This document shows, in pieces, positions 36,915 through 50,324 of a stretch of 64,000 nucleotides of DNA. A program made the position numbers and the translations under genes. The notes beneath the pieces were generated by a model. That model worked only from the letters and a program-made list of their open reading frames with translations. It was not told the origin of the DNA and made no database searches. Within the stretch, counting starts at the first letter, position 1. Each line of letters begins with the position of its first letter. Source of the DNA: Lama glama (taxonomy: Eukaryota); assembly GCA_028534125.1 (NCBI GenBank), contig CM052818.1, positions 42,844,001 through 42,908,000 on the forward strand. Reading direction: 5' to 3'.

Positions 36915-38470
36915 TTTAACAGCTTTATTGATATATAATTCATATACCGTACAACTCACCATTTAAAGCATGCAATTGACTTTTGTACATTCACAGATTT
37001 GTGCAATTATCACCACCAATTTAAACACATTTTCATCACTGCAAAAAGAAACTCTGTACCTGCAAGCAATCACCCCTTATTAAACTCCCCCACCCCATTT
37101 CTTGACAAGCACTAATCTGCTTTCTGTCTCTTTAAATTTGCCAACTATGAATATTTATATGAATAGAATCATAAATATGTGGTCTTTTGTGGCTGGCTAC
37201 TTTAACTTAGCGTAATGTTTTCAAGGTTTATCCATGTTGTAGAGTGTATGTGTAATTCCTTTTTATTGTGGAGTAATAGTCCATTGTGTGGATATGTCAT
37301 ATTTTATTTATTCATTTATCAGTTGATGGACATTTGGATTGTTTCCATTTTTGGCTAATACAGATAACACTCATTTACAAGATCCAGTAATTCTACTTCT
37401 GAATTATAGGCCCCAAAGAATTAAAAGCAAGGTCCCAAAGAGATATTTGTACAACCATGTTCATAGCAAAATTATTTACACTAGCTAAAATGTGGAAGCA
37501 ACCCAAGTGCCTGTAGGGATGAATGGATAAGCAAAATATGGTATATACATACAATAGAACATTGCTCAGTCTTAAAAAGGAAGGAAACTCTGACATATGG
37601 TACAACATGAATCAACTTTAAAGACACTATGCTAAGTAAAATAAGCCAGTCACAAAAAGACAGATACCGTATGATTCTCCTTACATGGGATGTGTACAGT
37701 AGTCAAAATCATAGCAACAAAAAGTAGAATGGTGGTTGCTAGGGGCTGGGGAGACGGAGAAATGGGGAGGTACTGTTTAATAGGTACAGGATTTAGTTGT
37801 ACCAGATTAAAAAGAGTTCTGGAGATGGTTATGAGTGTATTTTATACTACTGAACTGTATACTTAAAAATGATTAAGATAGTAAATTTTATATTATATAT
37901 ATATTTTACCTCAGTAAAAGTCAGAAAACAATCATGGATAATTTTTGCACATACATACATAATTCTGTTTCTCTTGGGTCTACAACCAGGAGTGGAATAT
38001 GCCAAGTCATACGAACACTCTGTGTTTAACATTCTGAGGAACTGACAAACTGTTTTTCAAAGTAGCAGTTACAGCAGTTTACATTCCTACCACCAACGTG
38101 TGAAGGCTACAATTTCTCCATCTCCTCATCAACACGTGTTATTTTCTTCTGTTTTGAGTGTAGGCATACTACTGGGTATGGAAGTGCTGTCTCACTGTGG
38201 TTTTGATAATGTTTAATGATGGTAATCATCTTTTTATGTGATTACTAGCCATTTGTGTCTCTTTGGAGAAATGTCCAGTCATATATGTTCTCTATGAATT
38301 TGGCTTACTTATCTTATTCAATTGTAAGCACTCTTTACCTATTCAGGATACAGTCCATGATCATCAGACAAATGATTTACAGATATTTTCTTTTATTCTG
38401 TGGCTGTGTCTTCACTGTATGGGATGGTGTCATTTGCAGGACAAAAGTTTTCATTTTGATGACATTAATA
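36915..38470 (-). mobile_element. L1MB-like 3' region (36915-37370 and 37925-38470) split by a sense L1
   Basis: acagctttattgatatataattcatatacc...gttgatggacatttggattgtttcca, resuming with tttctcttgggt...aggagtggaat...gaggaactgacaaactgtttt. Confidence 0.8.
37370..37920 (+). mobile_element. L1MA/MB-like 3' end, sense, nested
   Basis: gatccagtaattctacttctg...atgttcatagca...ggatgaatggataagcaaaatatggtatatacatacaat...ctgaactgtatacttaaaaatg. Confidence 0.85.
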
Positions 38471-38504
38471 TCATATATTTTCTGTAAACAAAATTGTATC
38501 ATCT

Positions 38505-38705
38505 AACAGGTATTAATTCACCTGTAGTAGAATTCACCTTTCTTCCTTAGTGTAAAGCACTGTACACTTTGACAAATACGTATCGTCACATACCCACAGC
38601 CATAATCAAGACGTAGAACCGTTTCATCACCCCAATAAATTCACTTGGGCTATCACTGATCTGTATTTTTTTCCAAGAATATTATGTAAATAAACTCATA
38701 GAAAA
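38505..38705 (-). mobile_element. Older L1MC/ME 3' end, continuing from ~36895-36912
   Basis: aggtattaattcacc...tttgacaaatacgtat...cataatcaagacgtagaac..ttcatcacccca. Confidence 0.6.
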
Positions 38706-40263
38706 TAGTGTCAGATGTGTTTCTGTTTTACTGAAAAGGAATTCTACTGAGTAGTTCTTTATACTCACACCTACATCTTTTTCTTTTCTTAAAACCTCTG
38801 TTTATGTTTTTAATTTCAACGTTTCTCTGTCACTTAATGTTAGGCATGACTCCTTTTTTGTACATATATAAACACATCAAAATCTTAGTATTTTAATCAG
38901 GCATGCAAATTTCCTGGCCTTAAAAGTCTTGAGTCAAGTGTGCAAAAAGGTTGTTCAAATTAGATAAAATTGATAAGGATAAAGAAATTACAAATGGGCT
39001 AGTGTGGTAGTTTTCTAAGTTTTTTTTTAAAATAGGAGAATACTTTCTTAAAATGAAACTGCATAGAAGCTCCATATGTAAATAGATCGAAGCAGAGTTT
39101 CTCTCTTGGATTCTGAGCAGACGACCTGCCCGTTAATCCCTCTTTTCTTCGGTGTCCTTTGAGCATCAGTGGTCTCACTCATGAGTGATCCTGAGTTGAC
39201 TGGTTTACTGGGCGCAGCGTTAAGCTCTTGCTCATCAGGAGCTGTCTCAGGAGGAAGAAGAGGGAGAAACTTGAGAAACAGCCTAATTACAGGGTCTTGA
39301 TCTCAGGCAATGGTTTTCCTACTCTGCTTGGAGCTCCCAAGAGGAGATGAGAAGACAGGGACAATGACAACATCGGAAGGGCCGTCACGTGGAGGCTGAT
39401 AAGAAGAGTCCAAAATCATTGTAGAAGACAGATCTAGAATGAGAGTGATTAAACAAATAAGAGGGGGAAACATTCTAAAAACAAGATCGACAGTAGAAGA
39501 GAATGACTTTCAAAACCATCTGAGATAGATTATCCTGTGCCATCTGAACTGGAGAAGAGAGTGCAAGAGCCCTCGTGGCACTGAATTCTGTCTATGGGAC
39601 ACACAGCCCTTCTGTGAAAGATACTCAGCTTCTGTCTTTCCACTTCCCACTGTCTGTCCTAGAGGCACAGAGGGGAGCATCACCGTGGCCAGTGATGGGG
39701 ATCCTTCAAGTAAATTTGTCTTTAACTGTTCAATTCCAACCTTACAAAAACTAACAGAGCCCAAGCTCAGAGATTCTACGTACTGTACTGAAATGGCATA
39801 CATTTACTCAACTCCAGCCTCTTTTCTATAGCATGAGAAATCTTTGCGAAAGAACAAAGAGGGACTCTGTAAATACTGTGATGTGTGAGTGTGTTTCTCT
39901 GTGTGCAGAGGCAGAGAGGGCCTGTCTGTGATCATTCCCCATTGTCTCTGCCTTTTTAGAAGCATTCCTGTTCTTGACTCTGCTTAGGGATATACAGCTG
40001 CCCGGCTCTCCTGACCATCACCGTGGGATGTTGCCCACTTATCCTTGCAGTCTATGCATCCTATTGGATTCTCACGTGCCTGCTGGTTTACATACCATCC
40101 GCCTGTCAATGCGGGGCTCCTCCAGCTTGTCTTTAACAAGGCTGCACATAGTCATGCATTTGGAGACGGAATTTGGGGACTGACTCAAAATAGTAAATTT
40201 TCCAAACCTCAAGTTAAATTCAGTATGATTTTATTGAACTGGCCATTCTACGTCTAGTTTGGA

Positions 40264-40400
40264 TTTTTTTTTTTTTAAACTGAAGTACAGTCAGTTACAG
40301 TGTGTCAATTTCTGGTGTACAGCACAGTGTCCCAGTCATGCTATACATGTGTATATTCACTTTCATAGTTGTCTTCAGTAAAGGTTATTACAAGATATTT
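40264..40400 (-). mobile_element. Short young camelid LINE-1 3' end
   Basis: Poly-T then aactgaagtacagtcagttacagtgtgtcaatttctggtgtacagcac...ggttattacaagatatt. Confidence 0.85.
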
Positions 40401-40499
40401 TTTTCTCCCTAAGGCTTATCATTCTGGTTGTTTCAATTGGATATAATTTTGTAGTTTTTCTAAACAAGGGTGATGTGGTTTGATCAGCTGATGCGACTG

Positions 40500-40821
40500 T
40501 GGCCATTTCTGTGGGTCAGGAGTCCAGGCACGACTTAGCTGAATCCTTGGCTCAGGTTCCTGCAAGCCTTCATTCAAGGTATGGGCTAGGCTGTGTTCTC
40601 AACTGGAGAGGAATACTTTTCGAGTTCATTTAGGTTGTTGACAGAATTGATTTCCTGGTGGCTGTATGAGTGAGGGCCTGAGCGTTTTGCTGGCTGGAGG
40701 CACCCACAGTTCCTGGTCATGTGGGCTTCCTCATGGAAGGTCAGGGGGTGGTTTTATATGGGGCATGGACACTAGAGGGTGGTGATCTTTGGCAGGGGGC
40801 ACCTTTGGGTCTACCCACCAC
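40500..40821 (-). mobile_element. MLT1F-like LTR fragment
   Basis: tttctgtgggtcaggagtccaggcacgacttagctg...ggttgttgacagaattgatttcct...ctacccaccaca. Confidence 0.75.
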
Positions 40822-41024
40822 AGGTGTAAACAAAATTCACAATGTGGGAGGAAGAGGAGGCTCTCACGCTGAGACAGTTGTGAGGTAAGAAGTCGAAGAG
40901 GGTGAGGTAGAAGTAGGGCCCGAAGGAGGCTCACGTCCAGTCTGGGAATGTTCCAGAATGGAGTCTGCTGAACTGAGAGTCAGAAAAGCAAGAACTGAAT
41001 CTGTAGTCAAAAATCATCAGTCAA

Positions 41025-41148
41025 GGTGGGGAGGGTACAGCTCAGCAGGAGAGCATGTGCTTAGCGTGTATGAGGCCCTGGGTTCAATCCCCAGTACCTC
41101 CATTTAAACAAACAAACCACCTAATTCCACCCCCTCTAAAAAAAAAAA
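41025..41148 (+). mobile_element. Camelid tRNA-derived SINE (vic-1 type) with 13 bp TSD
   Basis: GGGGAGGGTACAGCTCAG...GGTTCAATCCCCAGTACCTCC plus poly-A. TSD aaaaatcatcagt at 41009-41021 and 41144-41156. Confidence 0.93.
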
Positions 41149-41949
41149 TCATCAGTGGAGAAAGTTATAGGGTGTAAAGTCACCAGCAAGGGCATGAGCA
41201 AAAGTGCAAAAAGCTACAGTTTTTTGCTTGTTTGTTTTGAATCACCCTTGAACCTCAATTCATGGGCATACCAGCCACTTTCAGAGCGTTTGCGTCTGCT
41301 AAAATTGTACCAAGCACTGTCCTAGTCGTCCAGACACATCCTGTCCTGTCATTGTGTTTCTGTGAGGACAAAATGAGAGAACCTATTACTGTGTAAAATT
41401 AAAAGCTCTGAGAAGTAACAAAGGTGAACTGCTCCTTTGACAGAGTCTTCAGGCAGCTTTCTTGGCTTTCTCTTGTCTTTGCCCCAGACCTTCACCTGCG
41501 ACCTGTCTGTAGATCTTTCACTGCATCCCTGCTCCTAGGGCGCTGCTTACAGAACGAGGGAATTAGGTGCATTTAGGACCCAGTGGAGTTGGGCCCTAGT
41601 GCACCAGGTAAGGATGGATGCGTCCTATTGCAGGAAAGCCCTCATCTCTACACCTGAACGAGTAAGTGTCAGAAGGAAGTTCGTTCATGGGAGGGTCAGG
41701 GCAGGCCAGGGCCCCGCAAGGATTAAAGACTGTAAAATAGAACTGGGGGATAATTTCATGATGCCTCCGATGACATGACTTCTGGTAGGGAAACACGTGG
41801 CATTTAAGCAGAGACGTTAGGAGAAAGTAGGTCAGAAAAGCAGAATTCTGTGGCTGCAGAGGCTTCCAGGACGGCCGGTTAACAGTACCAGCGATATCTG
41901 GCACAGGTGTGGGGGTAGCAGAGACCAAAAAAAAAAGAAAAAAAATACA

Positions 41950-42160
41950 GCCAGCATTTCTGAGTGCTTACTATGAGTCAGGCATTGTTCCAAATGCTTT
42001 CTACAAAGGAATTCATTTCTTGCTCATAACTGGCTTATAAATTATTTTTAAGCTCATTTTACAGATGAAAATGCCAAGCCATAGGCAGTGAATATCCCAG
42101 CCAGGTGCAGACAGGACTAAAGCCGCACATCTGTTATCTCTGTTCTTGAACAATGCACCG
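41950..42160 (-). mobile_element. MIR SINE
   Basis: catttctgagtgcttactatgagtcaggcattgtt...cattttacagatgaaaa. Confidence 0.8.
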
Positions 42161-43959
42161 TGTGTCCGCTCAGCCCAGAGTCTCAGTCTCCTTGTCTACC
42201 ACCTCCTCCACGAGTGACGGCACAATCCGGCACCAGAGTGGGCAGAGGTAGAGGCGGGCAGGTGACTGACAGCCAGAGGACGTGGGGAGCTAGATTCATG
42301 GGGAAAAAAAAAAAAAAACGCCTGTCTCTAGAAAGATCAGTTTTAGGGCTCCGTTTCCTGGCCTGGGGGCTCAGAATGGGGGAGACAGGTTACCTGCAGC
42401 GGAGAGTAGGTTGTGCATCTAGGCTGACTCGATCCTGAGCTGCAGGATTTCAGCCTTGGGACTGCTTCACTGCATCCTAAACTTAGGGGCAGGGCTGAGC
42501 CCGTGGGAGCATTCCAGCTGTGAGTTCTGGAGGGCGGCGTGCCAAGCAAGGCATAGCAATTAACTAGCAAGCACTTACCTGCCATGTGTTAGGACCTGTT
42601 CGGGGTGCCAGGAATTCACAGGGGAGCAAGATTGTTCCTGCCTTGGGATTGTTCCCAAATGAGGCACTGCTTACTATTTTGTCTCCACCTGGGCTGGCAC
42701 CACGCCTAATGTTGCCTCTTTTTCAATCACAAGAATAGAAATCATCATTGATATCACCATTTTCCGAGACAAACTTTCCCATGATAATTTCCATGGCAGT
42801 TTTAATAAAGCCCAAATGGAAATTCAATTTATTAAAAACACATCCTTTCTTCATTTCCTCATTTTCTATTTAATTGGAACATTAATATGAGCCTGAGAAT
42901 AGAAAAAAAATTAGATTAACAGCTTAAAACAAATCTCTTCAGTGCGAGTGAAATTCGTGCGAAGAGTTACACGCCACGTATTTCTCATCCTTGGTCCACG
43001 GAGAGCTGAATCCAGCAGCGCACGGTGCCTCCAGGGAACTCATCCAGCACCATGGGAGCCCAGCTTTCATGCTGGTCAGAATCGAATTCTGGTGTATGCA
43101 GACCCCTTTAAAGGGAAATGTTTTCACAGACCCTGTGATACAGAATTAGACTATTATATCCTCATCAAGACACACAGAAAAGAACTAGGTCTAAACTCCT
43201 TATGCTTTTAATTCATACTGCTTGGAAGTCAAAACAAATTAACGAGCTAAAACCAAACAAATTACAAAAGCAACAATAATTCAAATCGCCAAGAGTAATT
43301 TTGCTGAAACTAAATTGCCACTTGCATTAGGGCTGTGGTGTGGACTGGTCCTTTCCTATTCTGTTGGACTGAAGTCAATTTTTTCACTACTTTTTGCACT
43401 GCTTCTGAACCTTCATCCTCACAGTTCACACTGATGTCATTTAGAGTTCACACGGCAGGAGCTGATCATTTGCCTACTAAATCTGCCTTTGTTCTTTTCT
43501 CAACTGCCTGGGACAGTTAAAGTAGCCCTATTTGACTGGTGACAACTCATTTGTAAATATAATTGCAAACTTGGACACTGGAACCGTGAGAAAGGATCTG
43601 AAAATAAAGCAACTGTGCCGATAATTCAGAACATGATATTTTAAATTTTTAAATGATTATCGATGATATTAAAATTTTTTCTGAAGCCTTACAGGGAACT
43701 TCAAGTCCTCTGAGAACCTTCCGTTGAACTTCTGTTTATAAAAATTAATCCTAAAATGACCACAACAGGAAGGTTTGGGACAGGACAGGTTGAAGGTCCC
43801 ATCTACACTGGCACTTGATCCCACTGTTAGCCTCAAATTTGTGAGGATTTACCCCCAGTTTCTTAGCTGTCCCTTCGCAACCAGCTCTTTATAACGGTGC
43901 TTTAAGAAGGAAGTCCACTGAAGGAAAACATCACTGAACGTTATGTGATCTGCAAGGAG

Positions 43960-44170
43960 CGCAGTAATGGCCACGTGCCTAACAATTTATGGTTTACAAA
44001 GCACATTCATGTACGTTTCTTCTTCGTATCCACAGTTAAGACTGAGAATGCAGTATTTTAATTTGAATTTTAGGAAAGAGAGAACTGATGCAAAGAGAAG
44101 GTGATTCACCCAGTGGTATCCACCTAGAAAGTGGCTGAGCAAGGACTCCATCGTCCGTGACAAATTCCAC
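43960..44170 (-). mobile_element. MIR fragment
   Basis: ggtttacaaagcacattcat...gagaactgatgcaaagagaag...agtggctgagc. Confidence 0.6.
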
Positions 44171-45599
44171 GTACCTTCACTGTGCTGGGCTCATGTCTGG
44201 GGTGGGAACTGTGAGTCCCAGAGGACTTGGAGATTCACAGTCTTGCAGTGTCTGCTGTGAGAGTATTTTAATTTCCAAGATCTTTCTTTCTCTTCTCTCC
44301 CCTCCTCTTGTAGAGGACTGTTTTAGCTTCTGAAATAATTTAAGCCAGTTTTTGGTTTGCTATATTCAGTGAAGAAAACCAGCTGAGTTTAGATTTCTTC
44401 CTCTTTCTTGGTCACTGAACTTTTTTTCGTATAAATAAGTGTTTTATGTATTATAAGATGTATTTCATAGAAAATGCCTATCTTATACGGAAACTGAGGG
44501 TTACGGTTTTGTAGTTTGAACTTGATAATATCAGACCTGGGTTTGAGATTACACCAATTCCACGGACCTGAATTCTGGCGTATTTTCTATCACCATAACT
44601 GCATAGCTTAAAGACTTAAAAAGAGTCACTCTCTCCGGCCTCGCTTTTCTCCTCTGTAACAAACTGGATTTGAATTAGTTAATGGCCAACAGCCTTTTCA
44701 AGTCTAATAGTCTCTTTTATATTAGCCCCAAACTGCTAATCTAAAAATGTCAGGTATAAAACTTGCAAAACACAATGATTTAGTGTAAATATCTTGTATA
44801 TCTTATATTTTTGTGCTTATTAAAAAGGACTACAATTTTAAATGAATTAAAGGATCCCTAACAAGGTAAATGATGGTTTGTTAGACAAGGTCATAGTTTT
44901 TCATTTAATTTTTAAAATTATAAATTACATTTGTTTAATAATGACTCGTGATTAAATATATATTATATATGGATCGTACAGATGATTTATATTGCACAGG
45001 CCTCGTGTGATTTTAGGTCCATTAATTCCTTTTAAAGCCTCGTTGTGTTTTTAGATCCTTAGTTATTCCAATATCTAAGGACGCTGTACTTACTCCCAAA
45101 TATAGGCCCAAGAACCTCTGAAACAGGATTCAAACCCATTCACATCTGAAAGTTTCTTCAGAAACTGTCACTTTATTTTTAGCAGATAGCTCTGTGATTC
45201 TTCAAAGCCTGTGATTCCACTCAGCCGAGGGCAGCTCAGTGGGAAGCGCTTGCTGTCTCGATGGTGGTCTCTGTCACCACACTGCCTTGAATCTGAATAC
45301 CTGCATTTCATTAGAGCAATCAGCCCTGCCCTTGGGTACGCCTGGTGGTTTAGCGTGCGGAGGGTGAGATGCCTGAGCACTCAGCGAGAACTTACGATCT
45401 TGTGAGTCATGGGGGTTTCTCAGAACTTCTAATTCTCCCAAGTCCTTAATTTGAAGAGACGGTTCACTAAGGCTTTAAATAGGTTCCCATGACCTCGCCA
45501 TCTGCTTGCATTAAAACAAGGCAAATCGCTCACTCTGCCTCCACTTTCTCCAAATACGCCTCCATCACCTGGAAGACACACGATTCTGACCCCCCTCCA

Positions 45600-46020
45600 G
45601 TTCTTCCTAAAGAATCCATCGCACACGAGGATTGATGCAGGGGGCGTGGGGCCGTACCGACTAGCTACACTGAGTTGAAAGAGGTTTCCCTGCGTGTTTG
45701 CATTTCTCCTAAAGCAGGTACCCAGCCTATGGCCAGTGAACTCAGACTTTCCATTGTTTATCCAGACATTCCTCACTGCTCAATGTGTGGATCTGTCTTA
45801 TTATTAAGGTAAATATTTTTGCTGAAAATACCTGGCACGCTCGTCGGTCCTTCCAGATCATGATGTACCCAGAACTCAATGGTATTATTGTTGGTTTAAT
45901 TACCTGTCTCTCCTAGAAGACGCTGATCTTTCTGAGGACAGTAGCTTTGTCATATTCATTTTTATGTCCTGCAGCTTCTAGTATAGCTCACGTGGTTGGC
46001 TGACTCACCGACTGCTCTGT
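45600..46020 (+). mobile_element. L2 fragment
   Basis: tacctgtctctcctagaag...ctgaggacagt...tcatattcatttttatgtcc. Confidence 0.55.
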
Positions 46021-47917
46021 TGATGAGATCCCGCGAGGGACCGTCCTTACCCTCCCATCTTATATGAGGGAGGCCAAGTGCTTTGAACCAAGGATTCTAA
46101 ACTAGTAAATTGCCCCAATGGGATTAACCCCAGATATCCTGGCAACCGAGTTATTTATACTACAACATTTATTTATACTATACTATGCAATCCTGAAAAG
46201 AGAAGCATAGGTGGGAGGAAATAAACTTGAAGCTGGGACTTAACAAACTGGTAAAACTGAGAACATTTCCAGCAGCTTGGAAAGATGGAAGAAGATCCCA
46301 GAGAGTGAAAACTGTGAGGGGTAGGGAGCTGGGGTGGAACTTGGATGTGGACCGGGTACATGTAGGAGTGAATGATTCACTTTGCTTAATTGGAGTTAAA
46401 GTCTAAGCTGGGAAAGAGTGCAAATAAAAATAGTTGGGTAGATTTGGGTCTGATTTTGAAGGGTCTTGAATGCAAGCTGGTAGTGCCTAAAGTCGGTATA
46501 AAACAATTATAAATTATAATCTTTTGTGACGATCTTTTATATTTGGATTATACTCATTGACATTTAAAATGCTCTTAACAGATATTGTATGTTTTCATCT
46601 TTTTAATTACCTTAGGAGGTAGGAAAGTGCTAGATGGCTTCCTGAAGCTGGAGCCTCAATGTGATGTCAAGTTGTACCATCCTGCATGGTGCCTGTCCTT
46701 CATCTGACTAGAAGGAACTAGAATCTCTTGGAACAGGTTATGTAGTTTTGAACGTTTGCCCCTAAAATTGACATACTTTTCCCAAAGTGTCCATAGAAGA
46801 AAAAGAATCTACATTAAGGGATATACTTTCAGACAATATGATAATATGTTCGTGTTTACCTTTTAGTCCCGAAGCTAATTGTTGAACATGGCTTTGTCCA
46901 TTATGACTCATTCGTGACCCATGGCTGGATTTTGTGATCTTTGTCCCTTCAGGTGCCAAGTGGGGCTTTGCTGGGCTCACCTTCCTTCATGCTTGGTGGT
47001 CAGCTAGTCACTCAGTGAGCATGGAGACTGCTCAGAGTACACAGAAGCATCAGACACAGTCCCTGCAGGAAACAGACAAGTTACGAAAGGACACAGCATT
47101 TTTCTGTAGTTTCTAGAAAAACATAGTAAGTTACTCAAACTAATAGTCTCGGGCAGAGAAACTGTAAACAAAAATATGAGAGTTTGTTAACTTTAGTTTT
47201 CTGCTCAAATATGTGTTCTGTGTTTTAGCATATTTCCTAGACATGTATTAGATTTGTATACACAAACACATATAAACCCACACCTCCTACACCACGTATA
47301 CATGTGCTTCGAAACACAGAATAGCCACGCAGAACATTCTTAAACTCAGTGAACTCCACTCTTGCCAGAGGGCAAAATGTTTGCCTTGACAACTAATACA
47401 CACACACGCACTCACACATAATGCACACCCATACAGACATATGTTAACACCTGGGCTATAGAAATTCCCACCTTAAAAGATTAAACAATATTGAAATACT
47501 TAGAACTTTCTATCAACCGGGTGGATATCAGAACTATAAACAAACATCTTTACTTTTAGGAAAGTCAGAGGGAAAATAACCAGATACTTTTTTCTTCATA
47601 GCAACTCAAATAACTACTAAAATAATTAGAACGAACATTTCCTTTGTCTGACTTGCATTCTTTTGGGAGGAGTAATGTACATCCCATGCTTCCTAATCAT
47701 TAGTGTTAATAAAACATGCATCTTCTACTTTGCCCCCTTGGACAAACAACTGACTGATAGCTGAAGGTTAGAAAGAGAAGTATGTGGGCTCAAATATTTA
47801 GTATCAGTCAGTGTTAACAGAACTCAGAAATCATTAATTCATCTATTCAACAAACATTTACTGAGTTCAAGTCCAGGCAAAAAGAACCAATGTTAGGGAA
47901 TAAGGATAAAATACGCA

Positions 47918-48462
47918 TGATACAAACTGCATGTTCCAAACATAGCCACGACACTCTTTCCCATCTCCAGTGCTTTTCCAGAATGTTCCCTCTCCCCTCT
48001 CAAGAGACAGAATGTACACCCTCCCTTCTTGCACTTAGGCCTTTGTGACTGAATTAACTAACAGAATGGAGTAGCTCTGACTTCTCAGACGAGGGTCATA
48101 AAAGCAACACAGCTCCCAGGTCCCTTAGGACACTTGCCTTGGGAATACTGACCTGCCATTTAAGAAGACTGCGGCTGCCATATTGTGAGGAAGCCCACGC
48201 TAGCTCATGGGGAGGAAACAGAGCTTCTGAGAGAACATGAAGAGAAGAGATGCCCGGTTAGTCCTCAGCTGCCTTAGCACCACTCCCAGCTCCAGCCACT
48301 GTCCACCTAGGACTACATGAAATGCCACGCCAAAACTGCCCAGCCGAGCAATCCCCAAATTCCTGAGCCCCAGAAATCATGAGAGATAAATGACTCTTGT
48401 TGTTTTAAGACATTTTGAAGGAGGGGTGGTGGTTACACAGTAGTAGATCTCCATCCAGAACA
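47918..48462 (+). mobile_element. MLT1G/H-like LTR inserted in an L2 tail
   Basis: ttgtgactg..aacagaatgg...ggtcataaaag...gccatattgtgaggaagccca...ccccaaattcctga..cagaaatcatgagagata..ttgttgttttaag. L2 tail attcaacaaacatttactgag immediately upstream. Confidence 0.8.
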
Positions 48463-48999
48463 GAGCAGAGAGAATACTGCCCGTAGCAACTTTCAATTTA
48501 GTGAGAAATATCGCTCAATAATTTTCATAAGTTACATAATAAATTACACAATTATACAGGAGAGAGTTATAAGGGCTAACATCAAAAACCTCACAAAGGA
48601 ACTGGTGGATGGGCTTAAGGGTGAAATTTGGACATGCAGAGGTGAGAGAATTCCAGGTAAAAGGAACAAGTTACCCACACATGTGTAACTAGTTCAGGAC
48701 ATAAACTTGCACATTTCTCAGTTACAGTGACCAGTTCAAACTGTATGGGACAAGATTAGCATTTCTATGACATCTTTTGTCATTTCGTCTTATGGCAAAA
48801 TCAACCCTGTACTTTCGCATCCAGTTTAGAATTCCTATCTGTTTGACCTGATACACATTATTTTGAGAGTTGCTGGGATTTGTGGCATCCCCTGTCGTCA
48901 TCAAAACCACACAGTCAGAGCACCTTCTGTGATCCGGTCCCTCTGGCAGGCTTTGGGGGAAAAAAGAGAAATGAGACATTGTCCTAGTCCTAACACTCA

Positions 49000-49385
49000 C
49001 AGTGGCAGTGTAGGGTATGGGGCATCATAAGAAAGGTGAGTTGAGAGACAACTCAGGGCGTGACTCGGGGGAGTTGGCAACCGTACCTGAGGGCATCGGG
49101 GGGAAGGCTTGCAGAGAAAGCAATGTTTTTAACTAAAACATTAAGGATTCATTTGTGCCAGGCAGAAAGAAAGAAAGAATTCCAGGCACAGGAGACAAAG
49201 AAAAATGGCCCCCAAACATGAAACATGGTGTGTTTAGGGGAACTGCAAAGAGTTCTGTATGCCCAGAGTGCATTGTTGTAAGTGGGGAGACTGAGAGATA
49301 AGACTGGAGAAGGAGGCTGGAGCCAGCTTGCTGTGGAGTTTGGACTCCATCCCAAAGGTGACAGGGAGAATCTTTGAAAGGTCAC
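49000..49385 (-). mobile_element. L2 fragment
   Basis: gaattccaggcacaggag...catggtgtgtttaggggaactgcaa...ggagtttggactccatcc. Confidence 0.65.
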
Positions 49386-50324
49386 ACGTTATTGAGTCTA
49401 CATGTTCAATTTGTAATTATTCCTCACACAGCCTTTTTCTCTGTGTTTGGTTTCTGGGGCTAGAATACACTCTTTGATGAAACACCATCTCACTTTTTCC
49501 TACTTTAAAATTGTCATCCATCTCTCCAGTGGCTAGTGTTGACCCTAATGTTTGTAGCCTGAAAGGAAGGCCATCTTACAGGAATCAAAGGCAATCTACC
49601 CCAAAGTGTTTTCCACTCCCTGTTCTTCCTGGAAATGTGGTTTCTCGTGCCATGAAACTTGCATTATGCCATAAAGACACTAATTGTAGTCATTTATGGA
49701 CTGTGGCTCTGTCAGACCCATTCGATCTCCTAGAGATGGATTAATTACAACTTGAGGACCCCCCAACCCCCATATTAAGACCACATTATTAACCTATTCC
49801 CACTGTCTGGAAATCTAGTAGTAAATAATTCAAAATAAATACGATCCCAGCGGGGAACTGGCAAGTGTCTACATTTCATGACCCGTGACATCCCTTGTGA
49901 CAGATGAGGCTGTGCCGTTGAAACCATGGGTTCCTTAATGAGCCCTCACATTGGCATTGCCCCCTCTGGTTCAGCTTATCTGATCTGCCGGAAGCCTTGT
50001 CATTCATCATCCTCGTGATGAAGGACAATTCCTCCAGAAAACCCATTCCCATATTTCTTTACTTCTGTAAGGCAGACGGTACTCTAAATGCTTCATGATT
50101 TTTTTTTTTCCATTTAGGTCTTTTAGAGTTCCCAGAAGACACTTTAAATTTAGCCATCATTGTTGAGTGAAGATTTTTGGTTTTTGGTTTTATTCAGTTA
50201 GAAAAAGATCTTTCCTGGGTAGTTAATAATTCTGGCTATCTATTGTACAGTGAACAGTGAAGCTAACGCTGTGGTCTCAAGGAATTTATAGTATTGCTCT
50301 GAAAAGAGCAACATTAAAAATTAC

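Noticed and set aside
49955..49972. CTCF site tgccccctctgg
   Set aside because: Spacing is one base off the CTCF core consensus; not supportable.
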